A stretch of 64,000 nucleotides of DNA from an uncultured Clostridia bacterium (GCA_947627185.1 CANQVF010000006.1:3208-67207), one strand, 5' to 3'. Counted from the stretch's first letter, positions 1 to 9,634 are shown. The notes: a model not told the origin generated them from the sequence alone. Made by a program: numbers and translations.

Positions 1-2
1 AT

Positions 3-590
3 TTAAAAAAAATCCAATGGATTGACGGCTATGCCGTCTTTTTTTATTGTTAAATGTAAATGGCATCCAGTTGTAGCACCATTTGTAGGATTACCATTAG
101 AATCTTTATAAGGATTATTTGGAATTCCAAAAATATTTTTAGGACCGACATTTCCAATTTTTTCACCAATATTTATTGTTTGTCCAACAAAAACTAAAAA
201 AGTAGGAGATACATGAGAATACGAAATATTTAAATTATTACTTTTAACTGTTATAGTACAACCATTTGCACCTTGAAACCCTGTAAAAATAACTTCACCT
301 GAAGTAACAGAATAAATTACAGTATTTTGAGGAGCAGCAATATCAATACCAGAATGAACTTTTGAAGCACCAGATGTTGGTGTTTTTCTAGGACCAAAAG
401 GAGAGGTGATTGTGTGAAATCCAGGAACTGGCCAAAAAAAGTTGCTATTAGAAAAATAATAATTTGAATTTTCATCTTTTTCCATATTAGTAAAAATATT
501 GTAATTTGAAATATGATTATAATAAAAAAGAGAAATGTAAATAATAATTATTACTAGAATAAAAAAATAATATGAAAAAAATTTATTAAT
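3..590 (-). CDS. M23 family metallopeptidase, probably with N-terminal membrane anchor
   Basis: HSGIDIA and HLH zinc motifs. The ORF track starts at ATG 485, but the frame is open up to SD AGGAGG (600-605) and encodes a hydrophobic segment; likely ATT start at 590. Confidence 0.85.
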   Translation of the reverse strand: MNKFFSYYFFILVIIIIYISLFYYNHISNYNIFTNMEKDENSNYYFSNSNFFWPVPGFHTITSPFGPRKTPTSGASKVHSGIDIAAPQNTVIYSVTSGEVIFTGFQGANGCTITVKSNNLNISYSHVSPTFLVFVGQTINIGEKIGNVGPKNIFGIPNNPYKDSNGNPTNGATTGCHLHLTIKKDGIAVNPLDFF

Positions 591-620
591 ATTAAAAAAC
601 CTCCTTTTAAATTTAAAATA

Positions 621-655
621 AAAAAAGCTAGAATATATTTAAATCCAGCTTTTTG
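621..655 (-). terminator. Probable intrinsic terminator after tRNA-Trp
   Basis: AAAAAGCT...AGCTTTTT imperfect hairpin immediately 3' of the tRNA. Confidence 0.5.
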
Positions 656-659
656 TTTA

Positions 660-734
660 TGGCAGGGGTAGTAGGATTCGAACCCACACAGGCGGTTTTG
701 GAGACCGATGTGCTACCATTAACACTATACCCCT
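660..734 (-). tRNA. tRNA-Trp (CCA)
   Basis: AGGGGTA...TACCCCT-GCCA acceptor stem, anticodon loop CTCCAAA, T-loop TTCGAAT, encoded CCA end. Confidence 0.97.
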
Positions 735-751
735 AATTAATAACAATAAAT

Positions 752-780
752 ATTTTAGCATATTTGTTATTTTTATTCAA
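752..780 (-). promoter_or_regulatory. SigA-type promoter of tRNA-Trp
   Basis: TTGAAT-N17-TAAAAT with extended TG. Confidence 0.7.
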
Positions 781-859
781 GTATAAATTTATAAATTATA
801 AATAATAGACAAAAAAACAAAAAAAATTAAAAAAAAATGAAAAAAAAATGAAAAAACAC

Positions 860-888
860 TTGCATATTTTTAAAAATAAAAGTATAAT
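860..888 (+). promoter_or_regulatory. SigA-type promoter of substrate-sortase operon
   Basis: TTGCAT-N17-TATAAT. Confidence 0.7.
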
Positions 889-931
889 AACTATAGTTTT
901 AACTTTAATATATGAATTTAGGAGGAAAATT

Positions 932-1540
932 ATGAGAAAATTAACTAAAATGTTAACTATGGCAATTGTAGTTTTAGCTGTAATTACAATGTCATTAAAT
1001 GTAAATGCAGCAACAGCAAAAGAAAACTTAATTAACTATATAAGAAGTGCACATGTTGTAAATGGAATATTATTTGAAATAACAAATGCACAAAAAAATG
1101 CAATAACAGATTATATCAATACAAGTATTGATGATAATGTAGCACAACAAGTTTACAATGATTTAACATCTATTGAAACAACAATTAGAGATACAGGAGC
1201 AACAAATGTTTCTCAAATCAGCCAACCTGTAAGAGAAAAAATATTAGCACAAGCAAAAGCAACAGCAGCAAAAGCTGGATTAACTTTAAATGTTGATACA
1301 AAAAGTAATACATTTACTTTAATTAAATCAGATGGAAATGTTTTGGCTTCTGGTGGATATTTAGGATTAGCTACAAATCCTGGATCAGCTCCTGCAGGAT
1401 CAGGATCAGGATCTAACGGTTCAGGTTCTACAACAACAGGATCTAAATTATTATATACAGGTGCAAATTATCTTGTTTATGCATTACCAGTTTTAGCAAT
1501 AGTTGCCGTTGCATTAATTGTTAAAAAAAGAAAAGCATAG
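932..1540 (+). CDS. Secreted cell-wall-anchored protein, putative sortase substrate
   Basis: SD AGGAGG before ATG 932; signal peptide (VNA|A), Gly/Ser linker, LLYTG + hydrophobic helix + KKRKA tail; sortase is the next gene. Confidence 0.8.
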   Translation: MRKLTKMLTMAIVVLAVITMSLNVNAATAKENLINYIRSAHVVNGILFEITNAQKNAITDYINTSIDDNVAQQVYNDLTSIETTIRDTGATNVSQISQPVREKILAQAKATAAKAGLTLNVDTKSNTFTLIKSDGNVLASGGYLGLATNPGSAPAGSGSGSNGSGSTTTGSKLLYTGANYLVYALPVLAIVAVALIVKKRKA

Positions 1541-1543
1541 TTA

Positions 1544-2161
1544 ATGAATAAAAAAGTATTAAATATATTAAAAGCAGCTATTTTATCTATAATAGTTGCT
1601 TTTTTATTTGTTATAATTATTTCTGTTACTTTAATAAAGATAGGAAAAGAAAAATTTGATATGGCAATATATCTTTTGAAAGTAATAACAGTAAATGAAA
1701 GTGAAATAAAAACAATAGATCCTGTGTTACAAGGAAATGTTTTAATAAATTATCCAACATATGGTACAAAATATGCTACCATAAAGATAGATAGCATAGG
1801 ATTAGAATTACCAGTATACTATGGAGCAAATTATACTATTTTAAAAAGTGGTATAGCTCATGATGAGAACTCATATTTTCCTGGTGAAGGAGGAAGTATA
1901 ATTTTGGCAGGGCATAATTTTAGTTCCTTTTTGGGAAGTTTGCCAAAAGCCAATATAGGAGATAGAATACAATTAGAAACAACTTATGGTACTTTTAATT
2001 ATGAAATATATGACACTAAAATAGTTAAAGAAACAGATGTTAATGAGGTTCCAATTCAAGATGAAAAAGAAATTTTAATGATTTATACTTGTTGGCCAAT
2101 TAATAATATAGGTCATGCATCACAAAGATATGTGGTATATGCAAATTTAGTGGAGGAATAA
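1544..2161 (+). CDS. Class D sortase
   Basis: LAGHN, YTCWP (TLxTC equivalent) and catalytic Arg in QRYVV; N-terminal TM. Confidence 0.9.
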   Translation: MNKKVLNILKAAILSIIVAFLFVIIISVTLIKIGKEKFDMAIYLLKVITVNESEIKTIDPVLQGNVLINYPTYGTKYATIKIDSIGLELPVYYGANYTILKSGIAHDENSYFPGEGGSIILAGHNFSSFLGSLPKANIGDRIQLETTYGTFNYEIYDTKIVKETDVNEVPIQDEKEILMIYTCWPINNIGHASQRYVVYANLVEE

Positions 2162-2163
2162 TA

Positions 2164-3015
2164 ATGAAAATTTTAAAATACATAATAAGCATAATTCTAT
2201 CTTTTTTTATTGTTTTAACTATTTTTTTATTGATAGCAACTAATGTTTTAAATGATAAAATATTAAATAAAAATTATATTAAAAATAAATTGAAAGAAAC
2301 AGAATTTAATTTGCAAATTTCAAGAGAAGTTGAAAGCGGTTTTGAAAAATATATATATCAATCTGGTTTACCAAAAGAAACAATAGATAATTTATTTACT
2401 GAAGAGATGATAGAAGATGATGTAAATAGCATTTTAAATTCAGTATATGAAGGAAGTGAGATTTCCTTAAGTAATGAAAAAGTTCAAGAAACTTTGGATA
2501 AAAAAATTCAAGAATATGTTTCATCTCAAAACTTAAATTTAAATGAGCAGGGAAAAAATAATATAAAAAAATTTGAAAATTTAATTATTGATGAATATAA
2601 AAATAATGTTAATGCTTCAAATTCTTTATATGAAAATGCTCACACTGTTATAGAAAATTTAGAAAAAGTAAATAATAAAATTGGAAAATTACCAATAATT
2701 ATTTTAATAATACTTATAGTGTTATTAATTGTTATAAATATAAAAGATTTACTATCAGTAATAAATTTTTTAGGAATATCTTTATTATCATCAGGAATAT
2801 TAATAAAATTAGGAATTAATTTGGTTTTTTCAAATGTAAATATAGATAATTTAGTTTTAATATCAACATCTATAAGTAATTTATTAATAAACATAGTAAA
2901 AGAAATACTTTATAGTATTTCAGATAAAGGTACTCTTTTCATTGTTTGTGGAATTGTAGCAATAATAGTGTCTTCAATTATTAAAAACATAAAAAATGAA
3001 AAAAACGAAGATTAA
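2164..3015 (+). CDS. Hypothetical membrane protein
   Basis: 283-aa ORF with one N-terminal and about three C-terminal TM helices. Confidence 0.75.
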   Translation: MKILKYIISIILSFFIVLTIFLLIATNVLNDKILNKNYIKNKLKETEFNLQISREVESGFEKYIYQSGLPKETIDNLFTEEMIEDDVNSILNSVYEGSEISLSNEKVQETLDKKIQEYVSSQNLNLNEQGKNNIKKFENLIIDEYKNNVNASNSLYENAHTVIENLEKVNNKIGKLPIIILIILIVLLIVINIKDLLSVINFLGISLLSSGILIKLGINLVFSNVNIDNLVLISTSISNLLINIVKEILYSISDKGTLFIVCGIVAIIVSSIIKNIKNEKNED

Positions 3016-3179
3016 AACATAAACAACAATAATAATGTAGGAAAAATAAATCCAAGAATTGCTAAAAAATATATAGCAATTCCTGCTGATTTATTTTTTT
3101 TCTCTTTTAATTCAAAATTACCATAGTAAATGCTTTTTAAAAAAGAATATATTAAAATAATAATTATTATAAATTTCAT
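3012..3179 (-). CDS. Small 55-aa two-TM protein at end of ger operon (not in ORF track)
   Basis: SD AAGGAG, ATG 3179, MKFIIIIILIYSFLKSIYYGNFELKEKKNKSAGIAIYFLAILGFIFPTLLLLFMF*. Confidence 0.75.
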   Translation of the reverse strand: MKFIIIIILIYSFLKSIYYGNFELKEKKNKSAGIAIYFLAILGFIFPTLLLLFMF

Positions 3180-3206
3180 AATATCTCCTTAATATAATAT
3201 TTAGTT

Positions 3207-4355
3207 TTATTCTTTATTAAATAAATTACTAGAATTTATTTTAGTATTTACAGTTATTTTGAAAAAAGAATCTTGAAATATTTCATCCCAATGAGTTTTA
3301 TAAAATTCATCTCTTGTTAAAAATTTTGACTTATATAATGCTTTAAATCCTACTATATCAGTATTGTATTCTTTTGAAATAGTATATAGATAGTCATTTA
3401 ATAATTTTTCAATATAGTTATTAATGTTATTTTCAAGTTTTTTAATATTTTCATTATCAATGTAGTTGAAATTATTTCCAGAACTAAGAACAGCTCCTTC
3501 AGGATAAACAGAAATAGAAATAAATGGTGTATTATTAATTAATTGTATATCAATATCTGTATCTTTATATAAACTCATTTTTAAGTCTATTTTTTCTCCT
3601 TCTAAAAACGGATTATCTAATGTAATAACTGATTCTTCTAAATCATTAGTAGTAATTAAATGAGCAATTGAATCAGAAGCATCTAAATGACCAATCATAC
3701 AATCTTTTTCAAAAATAGCAATTCCAGAAGTTTGCACAGTTGAATCATTTACTTTTGTATATATTGCAGTAGGTTCATAGTAATCATTATCTAATCCTTG
3801 AAAAAATTTACCAAATGTAGATTTTACTGTAAAGCCTGTATAATCTGTTGTGTTTGTTAAATAATCATATAATCTTGCAGAAAAAACTTCACCAGAATTA
3901 GAAACTTTATCCATAAGTTCATAAGCTGTTGTAGAACTAATTATAATATTGCAAGTATGTCGTAATTCTGGATTATTTGCTAAAGTGTTAATATAAGTTT
4001 TAACACCTTTTTTTGCAAGTTCTTCTGATATTATTAAAGCAGAACAATGTGTTAAATTTATTTTTTTATTTAAATAATTATTTAGAATTGCTATACCTTC
4101 ATCAATAGTATTTGCTTCAACAGAATATATTTTATAAGTACTAGATTGACTACTAGAATCACTAGATCCTCCAGATTCACTTTCAGATGAATTTGAAGAA
4201 TTTTGAACGCTTAACTTTATAAGACCATTATCACTTAAATCTAACCCTATAGAAATTATAAAATAATAGTTATCTATTCCAGTTGTATTATTACATCCAG
4301 TAAATACAAATAATGATATATTCAAAATTATCATTAATGTTAAAATTTTTTTCAT
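3207..4355 (-). CDS. gerKC: Ger(x)C family spore germination lipoprotein
   Basis: Lipobox FTGC, ISIGLD, LIISEELAKKG motifs; third gene of ger operon. Confidence 0.9.
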   Translation of the reverse strand: MKKILTLMIILNISLFVFTGCNNTTGIDNYYFIISIGLDLSDNGLIKLSVQNSSNSSESESGGSSDSSSQSSTYKIYSVEANTIDEGIAILNNYLNKKINLTHCSALIISEELAKKGVKTYINTLANNPELRHTCNIIISSTTAYELMDKVSNSGEVFSARLYDYLTNTTDYTGFTVKSTFGKFFQGLDNDYYEPTAIYTKVNDSTVQTSGIAIFEKDCMIGHLDASDSIAHLITTNDLEESVITLDNPFLEGEKIDLKMSLYKDTDIDIQLINNTPFISISVYPEGAVLSSGNNFNYIDNENIKKLENNINNYIEKLLNDYLYTISKEYNTDIVGFKALYKSKFLTRDEFYKTHWDEIFQDSFFKITVNTKINSSNLFNKE

Positions 4356-4356
4356 A

Positions 4357-5448
4357 TTATTTATTACCTCTTATTTTCTTTATGTTTGCTAAGATAAGTA
4401 TTATAAGTCCAATTCCAAACATAAATCCTAAAATAATATATTTATAAAGAGTATTTTCTATAAAATGAATTTTAGATACATTTATTGGTAGCAATGTTAA
4501 TCCAAAAAGTATACTACATGTGGAAAATGATAACATTTTCTCATTAGTAACATTTAACATTTTTTTTAAAATTCTATTAACTATAAATATTACAAAACTT
4601 AAATAAGAAAAAATTGAAAAAATCCATAATAATATAAATAAAGAATCCACTCTTTGAATAAAAGTACCTAATTCGATTTGCCTTATAAGTAAAAACAAAG
4701 AATTTATTGGTTCACTACTTGTTGTAGTATTAAATAAAGTTAGCATAGATGTTACAGTTAAAAGTAATATTATTAAAGAAATGATATATGAAATAATAGA
4801 AATTTTTTTAAATTCTTCAGGTCTTTTTAGTATTGGTTTTATAAAATAATAATATACAATTATATACATTGCGAAAGTATTTCCTAATCCTAATCCAAAA
4901 GTTGTATAATAATCTTTTCCAAGTATTGGTGTTAGATGTTCTAAATCGTAATTATCCCATACAGAAAAAAAAGAAATGAGTACACTTATTAATGCAAATG
5001 GAATAATAAAAGTAGCAGTTCTTGCAATAGATTTAAAACCAATAAGATTAGCGATTAGTATTCCAGTAATAAATATAAGTAAAATGTATATAACATCAAA
5101 ATTTGAAAAATATATAGTATGCAAAACATTTGAAAAGTCAATTAAGGTTATAAAAGAAACTAACATAAATAATGCAATGCTAATTATTCCTATAAAATTT
5201 TTTAATTTCTTTCCTGCTAAAAATTCTGAAATATCTAATAAATCAGCATTTTCAAATTTATTTAATAATTTAATAATAACTAATAAAATTATAAAATCAA
5301 TAATGCCAATATATAAAATATTTATAATAGAACCACTACCTGTAAGATTTACTATATAATAAGGTACATTTAAAATTAGCTTATTTATCATAACCAGAAG
5401 AATTATTGAAATTATTTCGATATTTCCTAATTTATAACTATTTTCCAT
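4357..5448 (-). CDS. gerKB: GerAB/ArcD/ProY family spore germination permease
   Basis: Multi-TM, FIQRVDSLFILLW motif, operon context. Confidence 0.88.
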   Translation of the reverse strand: MENSYKLGNIEIISIILLVMINKLILNVPYYIVNLTGSGSIINILYIGIIDFIILLVIIKLLNKFENADLLDISEFLAGKKLKNFIGIISIALFMLVSFITLIDFSNVLHTIYFSNFDVIYILLIFITGILIANLIGFKSIARTATFIIPFALISVLISFFSVWDNYDLEHLTPILGKDYYTTFGLGLGNTFAMYIIVYYYFIKPILKRPEEFKKISIISYIISLIILLLTVTSMLTLFNTTTSSEPINSLFLLIRQIELGTFIQRVDSLFILLWIFSIFSYLSFVIFIVNRILKKMLNVTNEKMLSFSTCSILFGLTLLPINVSKIHFIENTLYKYIILGFMFGIGLIILILANIKKIRGNK

Positions 5449-7121
5449 TTTGCCTCCATTTCATACTGATATGACTTTCTATATTTGGCTTTTTTGTATT
5501 AAGAAAAGAATTCCTTTTTTCACGTTTCCAAACTGGATCAATAAAAATTGTTTCATTTTTAGATAAATTAGAAAGTGGTATATATGGAGCAAAAAATGAA
5601 ACCCCAAATGAACTTTGATTAGAGAGTAATAAAAAATGAATGAAAAATCCAAATGCTATTCCTAAAAATCCAGCCAAATATCCTAAAATTATATACATAA
5701 ATCGAAACATTTTAATTGCAAATCTTAAAGAATTATCTGGTATTGCAAAAGAGCAAATTCCAGAAAAGGCTACTATTATTATAAGTATAGGACTTACAAT
5801 ATTTGCAGAAACAGCAGCTTCACCTAATATAAGAGCACCAATTATTCCGTACAGTAGTACTAAATGATGATGGAACACGAATACTTGCTTCTTGAATTAA
5901 TTCAAAAGAAGCTTCCATAATTATAATTTCAAACAAAATAGGGAAAGGTATAGCTTCACGTGCTGCAACTATGGCAAACAATAATTCAGATGGAATTAAT
6001 TCATAATGGTACATAGTAATAGCAATATATAAGCCAGGTACAAGTAAAGCAGATATTAAAGCAATACTTCTTAAAATTTTAAGAAAATTAGCATAATGAT
6101 AATTTAAATTTGAATCTTCTGGTGATGTTAAAAAATCTATTAAACATGCTGGAAGAATTACAGAAAAGGGAGAGCCATTTATTAATATAGCAATTCTTCC
6201 AAGTAATAGATATTGAGATGTTTTATCTGGTCTTTCAGTTGATATAGTTTGAGGAAAAGCCATTTTAGGTGAATCTTTTATAAATTGTATAAGTTGTCCA
6301 GAAGATAAAAGATAATCAATATCAAGATTATTTATTCTATATTTTGCTTCTGCAACTAAATCATCATTAGTAATATTTTTTATATAACAAATTGCTACTT
6401 TTGTTTTGCTAATTTTTCCAACTGTTGTTTCTTCTATTATTAAATTTTCATTATTAATAATTTTTCTAAGCATTGAAGTATTTGTTCTAATATTTTCTAC
6501 AAACCCCTCATGTGAGCCTTGAACAACAGATTCAGTTACAGGTTGATCTACACTACGACCTTTAAATCCTTTAGTTTCAATGCATAAAGCAATATTTAAA
6601 GATTCTACAAATAAGGCACAGAAACCAGCATTTACTTTAGTAATAATATCAGAAAAATTTTTTTCTTTTGATACACTATTTTGAGGTATTAAACTAGAAT
6701 ATAAAAAATTTTCTAAATTAAATTTTGTATATTTATGTTTTACTGTATTTAATATTTGATTAGTATGTTGTTTTTTATCATCCATTTTAATTGAATTTTT
6801 TAATAGAAGAGGTTTCATTATAAAATCATTAATCGCTGAGTCTTCAACCATTCCATCAATATATAATATAAATGCTGAAAATTTTTGCTTAGATATATCT
6901 ATTTCAAATTTTCTTGTTTTTATATCGCTATTAATTAACATATTATATTTTATTTTTAAATAATTTAGATTTTCATCAATAGATTGATAAACTAATGTTT
7001 CATCATCATTACTACTATTAAATTCTTCTTCGTTTATGTTATTTGATACATCAGATAAAATAAAATTATATTCTTCTTTTTCTTTATATTTAAATATATC
7101 ATCAAATATTTTTTTTATCAT
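5438..7121 (-). CDS. gerKA: Spore germination protein GerA/KA, split by a +1 frameshift at CGG (5849-5847)
   Basis: GSHEGFVE, TERPD, EASIRVP in frame 0; GIIGALILGEAAVSANIVSP continues in the +1 frame; joined product about 560 aa. Recoded gene, pseudogene or assembly error. Confidence 0.85.
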
Positions 7122-7142
7122 AATTTTTCTCCTAATATAAGA

Positions 7143-7171
7143 TAGTATAAGTATTTTCCAAAAAAATATAC
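7143..7171 (-). promoter_or_regulatory. Possible forespore SigG-type promoter of ger operon
   Basis: GTATA-N17-TATACTA upstream of gerKA. Confidence 0.4.
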
Positions 7172-7223
7172 TATTACCAAAAAATATGGTATAATAATTT
7201 AAAATAAAATTAAGGATAGAGTT

Positions 7224-7955
7224 ATGGAAAAAAAGAATGAAAATGGTATAATTTCAATATTTGTATTGTTTTCTATGTTATTTTTATTATTTTTTATTTT
7301 TACATCATACTTTTTTATAAAAAATAAAATTGCATTAAAAGAAAATCAAAATTTGCAATTAAAGAAAATGTATTCAGAAGATATTGATGTAATTGAAAAT
7401 GAGTCTAATTTAAGTAATGAAGTTATTCCAATATATAATATAGATGAATTGAATATTGTTGGTACAGGAAGTTTTTTAAAAATTAAAAATAAAATTTATG
7501 AATGCGGTATTGGTAAAAATTATATGTTAAGAGATAATATAATAGTTGATATAGATGAAGATATAATAAATTCTAGAGTTGGATTTAATGATTATAAATT
7601 ATATTCATCGAATTATCATATAGATAATTTTTCATATGATATTTACTATTATAAAGACAATACTTATTGGAAAAATATATTTTACAAAAAATATGTTGAT
7701 GATGAAAAAAATACTCAGAATAATTATACAGAAAATAATTTTTCAATAATAGATAAATGTAATAATATGGATGATTATACTTATTTAATGTTATGGACTG
7801 ATAATAATAATGAATTTAAAAACTTAGAAATTGTATCGCAAAAAGAAAAACCTCAAAATGTAAATCAGATACAAGTTTATAATAAAAATTATGATAAGTT
7901 AAATAAAAAAGATGGAGAGTTTTATATTTTTATAAATATAGGAAATAAAATATAA
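7224..7955 (+). CDS. Hypothetical protein with prepilin-like N-terminal anchor
   Basis: KKNENG|IISIFVLFSMLFLLFF followed by a soluble domain. Confidence 0.65.
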   Translation: MEKKNENGIISIFVLFSMLFLLFFIFTSYFFIKNKIALKENQNLQLKKMYSEDIDVIENESNLSNEVIPIYNIDELNIVGTGSFLKIKNKIYECGIGKNYMLRDNIIVDIDEDIINSRVGFNDYKLYSSNYHIDNFSYDIYYYKDNTYWKNIFYKKYVDDEKNTQNNYTENNFSIIDKCNNMDDYTYLMLWTDNNNEFKNLEIVSQKEKPQNVNQIQVYNKNYDKLNKKDGEFYIFINIGNKI

Positions 7956-7961
7956 AAAATA

Positions 7962-7992
7962 GTCATAAAACAAAAATACCCTAATATAAATT
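7962..7992 (+). promoter_or_regulatory. Possible SigE-type promoter of spoIVA
   Basis: TCATAAA...AATATAAAT resembles the SigE consensus; spoIVA is SigE-controlled in model firmicutes. Confidence 0.4.
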
Positions 7993-8030
7993 AGTAAAAG
8001 ATGTATGAATTTATAGGAGGGTATTTTTTA

Positions 8031-9509
8031 ATGGAAAATTTGAGGTTATATCAAAATATTGCTCAAAGAACAGATGGCGATATTTATATAGGAGTGGTTG
8101 GTCCAGTAAGAACAGGTAAATCAACTTTTATTAAAAAATTTATGGAACTTTTAGTTTTACCTAATATTGATAATGAATATAAAAAGGAGAGAGCTATAGA
8201 TGAACTTCCACAAAGTGCAAGTGGAAGAACAATAATGACAACAGAACCAAAGTTTATTCCAAATGAAGCTATAGAAATTAATTTAAATGGAAATGTAAAG
8301 CTAAAAACAAGATTAGTGGATTGTGTTGGTTATTTAGTTAATAATGCTTTGGGATATTTGGAAGATGATATGCCAAGAATGGTAAAAACACCATGGTCAG
8401 AAAATGAAATGCCTTTTGAAACAGCTGCTGAACTTGGAACTAAAAAAGTAATAGTAGAACACTCTACAGTTGGAATAATTGTAACAACAGATGGTACAAT
8501 TACAGATATTCCTAGAGAAGAATATATTGAAGCAGAAGAGAGAGTTGTAAAGGAACTACAGGAACTTAATAAACCATTTATTATACTTATGAATTGCCAA
8601 AATCCAAATGATGGATATAGCATAGATTTAGCAAAAAAATTATCAGAAAAATATGGAACAACAGTTATTCCTATTAATTGTTTAGAATTAAACATTGATG
8701 ATATAAATTTAATTTTTTCAAAATTGCTATATGAATTTATGATAGAAAGAGTAGAAGTTAAATTTCCACGTTGGATAGAAGGATTAGATATAAGCAATGA
8801 ATTAAAAGTAAATTTATTTGAAACTGTTAAAAAATCTTTTTCAGAAACTGCAAGATTAAAAGATGTAAATGATACATATTTAAAATTAGAAGAGTCAGAA
8901 AATATAAAAAAAGCAGAAGTAGAAGAAATAAATTTAGGAACAGGTGTTGTAACAGTAAAAGCAGAACTAAATGATAGCTTATTTTATAATGTTCTTAGTG
9001 ATATAACAGGTGTTAAAATAAAAAATGAAGGAGAGTTATTTAGTTCTATTTCTTCATTTGCTAAGATAAAAAAAGACTATGATAAAATGGCTTATGCAAT
9101 TCATCAAGTAAATGAAAAGGGATATGGAATAGTAACACCTGGAATTGAAGATTTAATTTTGGATGAACCAGAAATAGTAAAACAAGGGTCTAAATATGGA
9201 GTAAAGTTAAAAGCAAAAGCTCCATCAATTCATATGATAAAGATTAATACTGAAACAGAAGTATCACCAATAGTAGGTAGTGAAAAACAATCTGAGGATT
9301 TAGTAAAATATTTATTATCTGAATTTGAAAGTGATCCAAAACAAATTTGGAAATCAAATATATTTGGAAAAAGTTTACATGAGCTTGTAAATGAAGGTTT
9401 ACAAAATAAATTGGCAAGAATGCCAGAAGAAGCACAACTAAAATTGCAAGAAACATTAGAAAGAATTGTAAATGAGGGAAGCGGAGGATTAATTTGCATA
9501 ATATTATAA
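8031..9509 (+). CDS. spoIVA: Stage IV sporulation protein A
   Basis: GVVGPVRTGKSTFIKKFM, MTTEPKF, C-terminal NEGSGGLICIIL; SD AGGAGG favours ATG 8031. Confidence 0.97.
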   Translation: MENLRLYQNIAQRTDGDIYIGVVGPVRTGKSTFIKKFMELLVLPNIDNEYKKERAIDELPQSASGRTIMTTEPKFIPNEAIEINLNGNVKLKTRLVDCVGYLVNNALGYLEDDMPRMVKTPWSENEMPFETAAELGTKKVIVEHSTVGIIVTTDGTITDIPREEYIEAEERVVKELQELNKPFIILMNCQNPNDGYSIDLAKKLSEKYGTTVIPINCLELNIDDINLIFSKLLYEFMIERVEVKFPRWIEGLDISNELKVNLFETVKKSFSETARLKDVNDTYLKLEESENIKKAEVEEINLGTGVVTVKAELNDSLFYNVLSDITGVKIKNEGELFSSISSFAKIKKDYDKMAYAIHQVNEKGYGIVTPGIEDLILDEPEIVKQGSKYGVKLKAKAPSIHMIKINTETEVSPIVGSEKQSEDLVKYLLSEFESDPKQIWKSNIFGKSLHELVNEGLQNKLARMPEEAQLKLQETLERIVNEGSGGLICIIL

Positions 9510-9521
9510 TAAAAAATTAAT

Positions 9522-9619
9522 ATATAAAAATGTAGATATTATAAAATATCTACATTTTTATATTAGCTTTTATATAGTTATAAAAAAATGAAAGTAGGAA
9601 AACTACTTTCATTTTTTTA
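9522..9619. terminator. Two tandem hairpin terminators between convergent genes
   Basis: Perfect inverted repeats at 9522-9563 and 9581-9619 with A/T tails. Confidence 0.8.
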
Positions 9620-9634
9620 ATGTATAGAATTTAT

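Noticed and set aside
600..850. tRNA-Trp as integration site of a mobile element
   Set aside because: No integrase and no duplicated tRNA 3' end seen in the window
848..931. Longest-ORF starts at 848, 8001, 21075, 22857 and 36843
   Set aside because: SD position, promoter overlap or family N-termini favour 932, 8031, 21087, 22839 and 36888
5438..5878. 146-aa ORF starting MFHHHL as an independent gene
   Set aside because: It is the +1-frame C-terminus of gerKA; no SD, and similarity begins only at GIIGALILG
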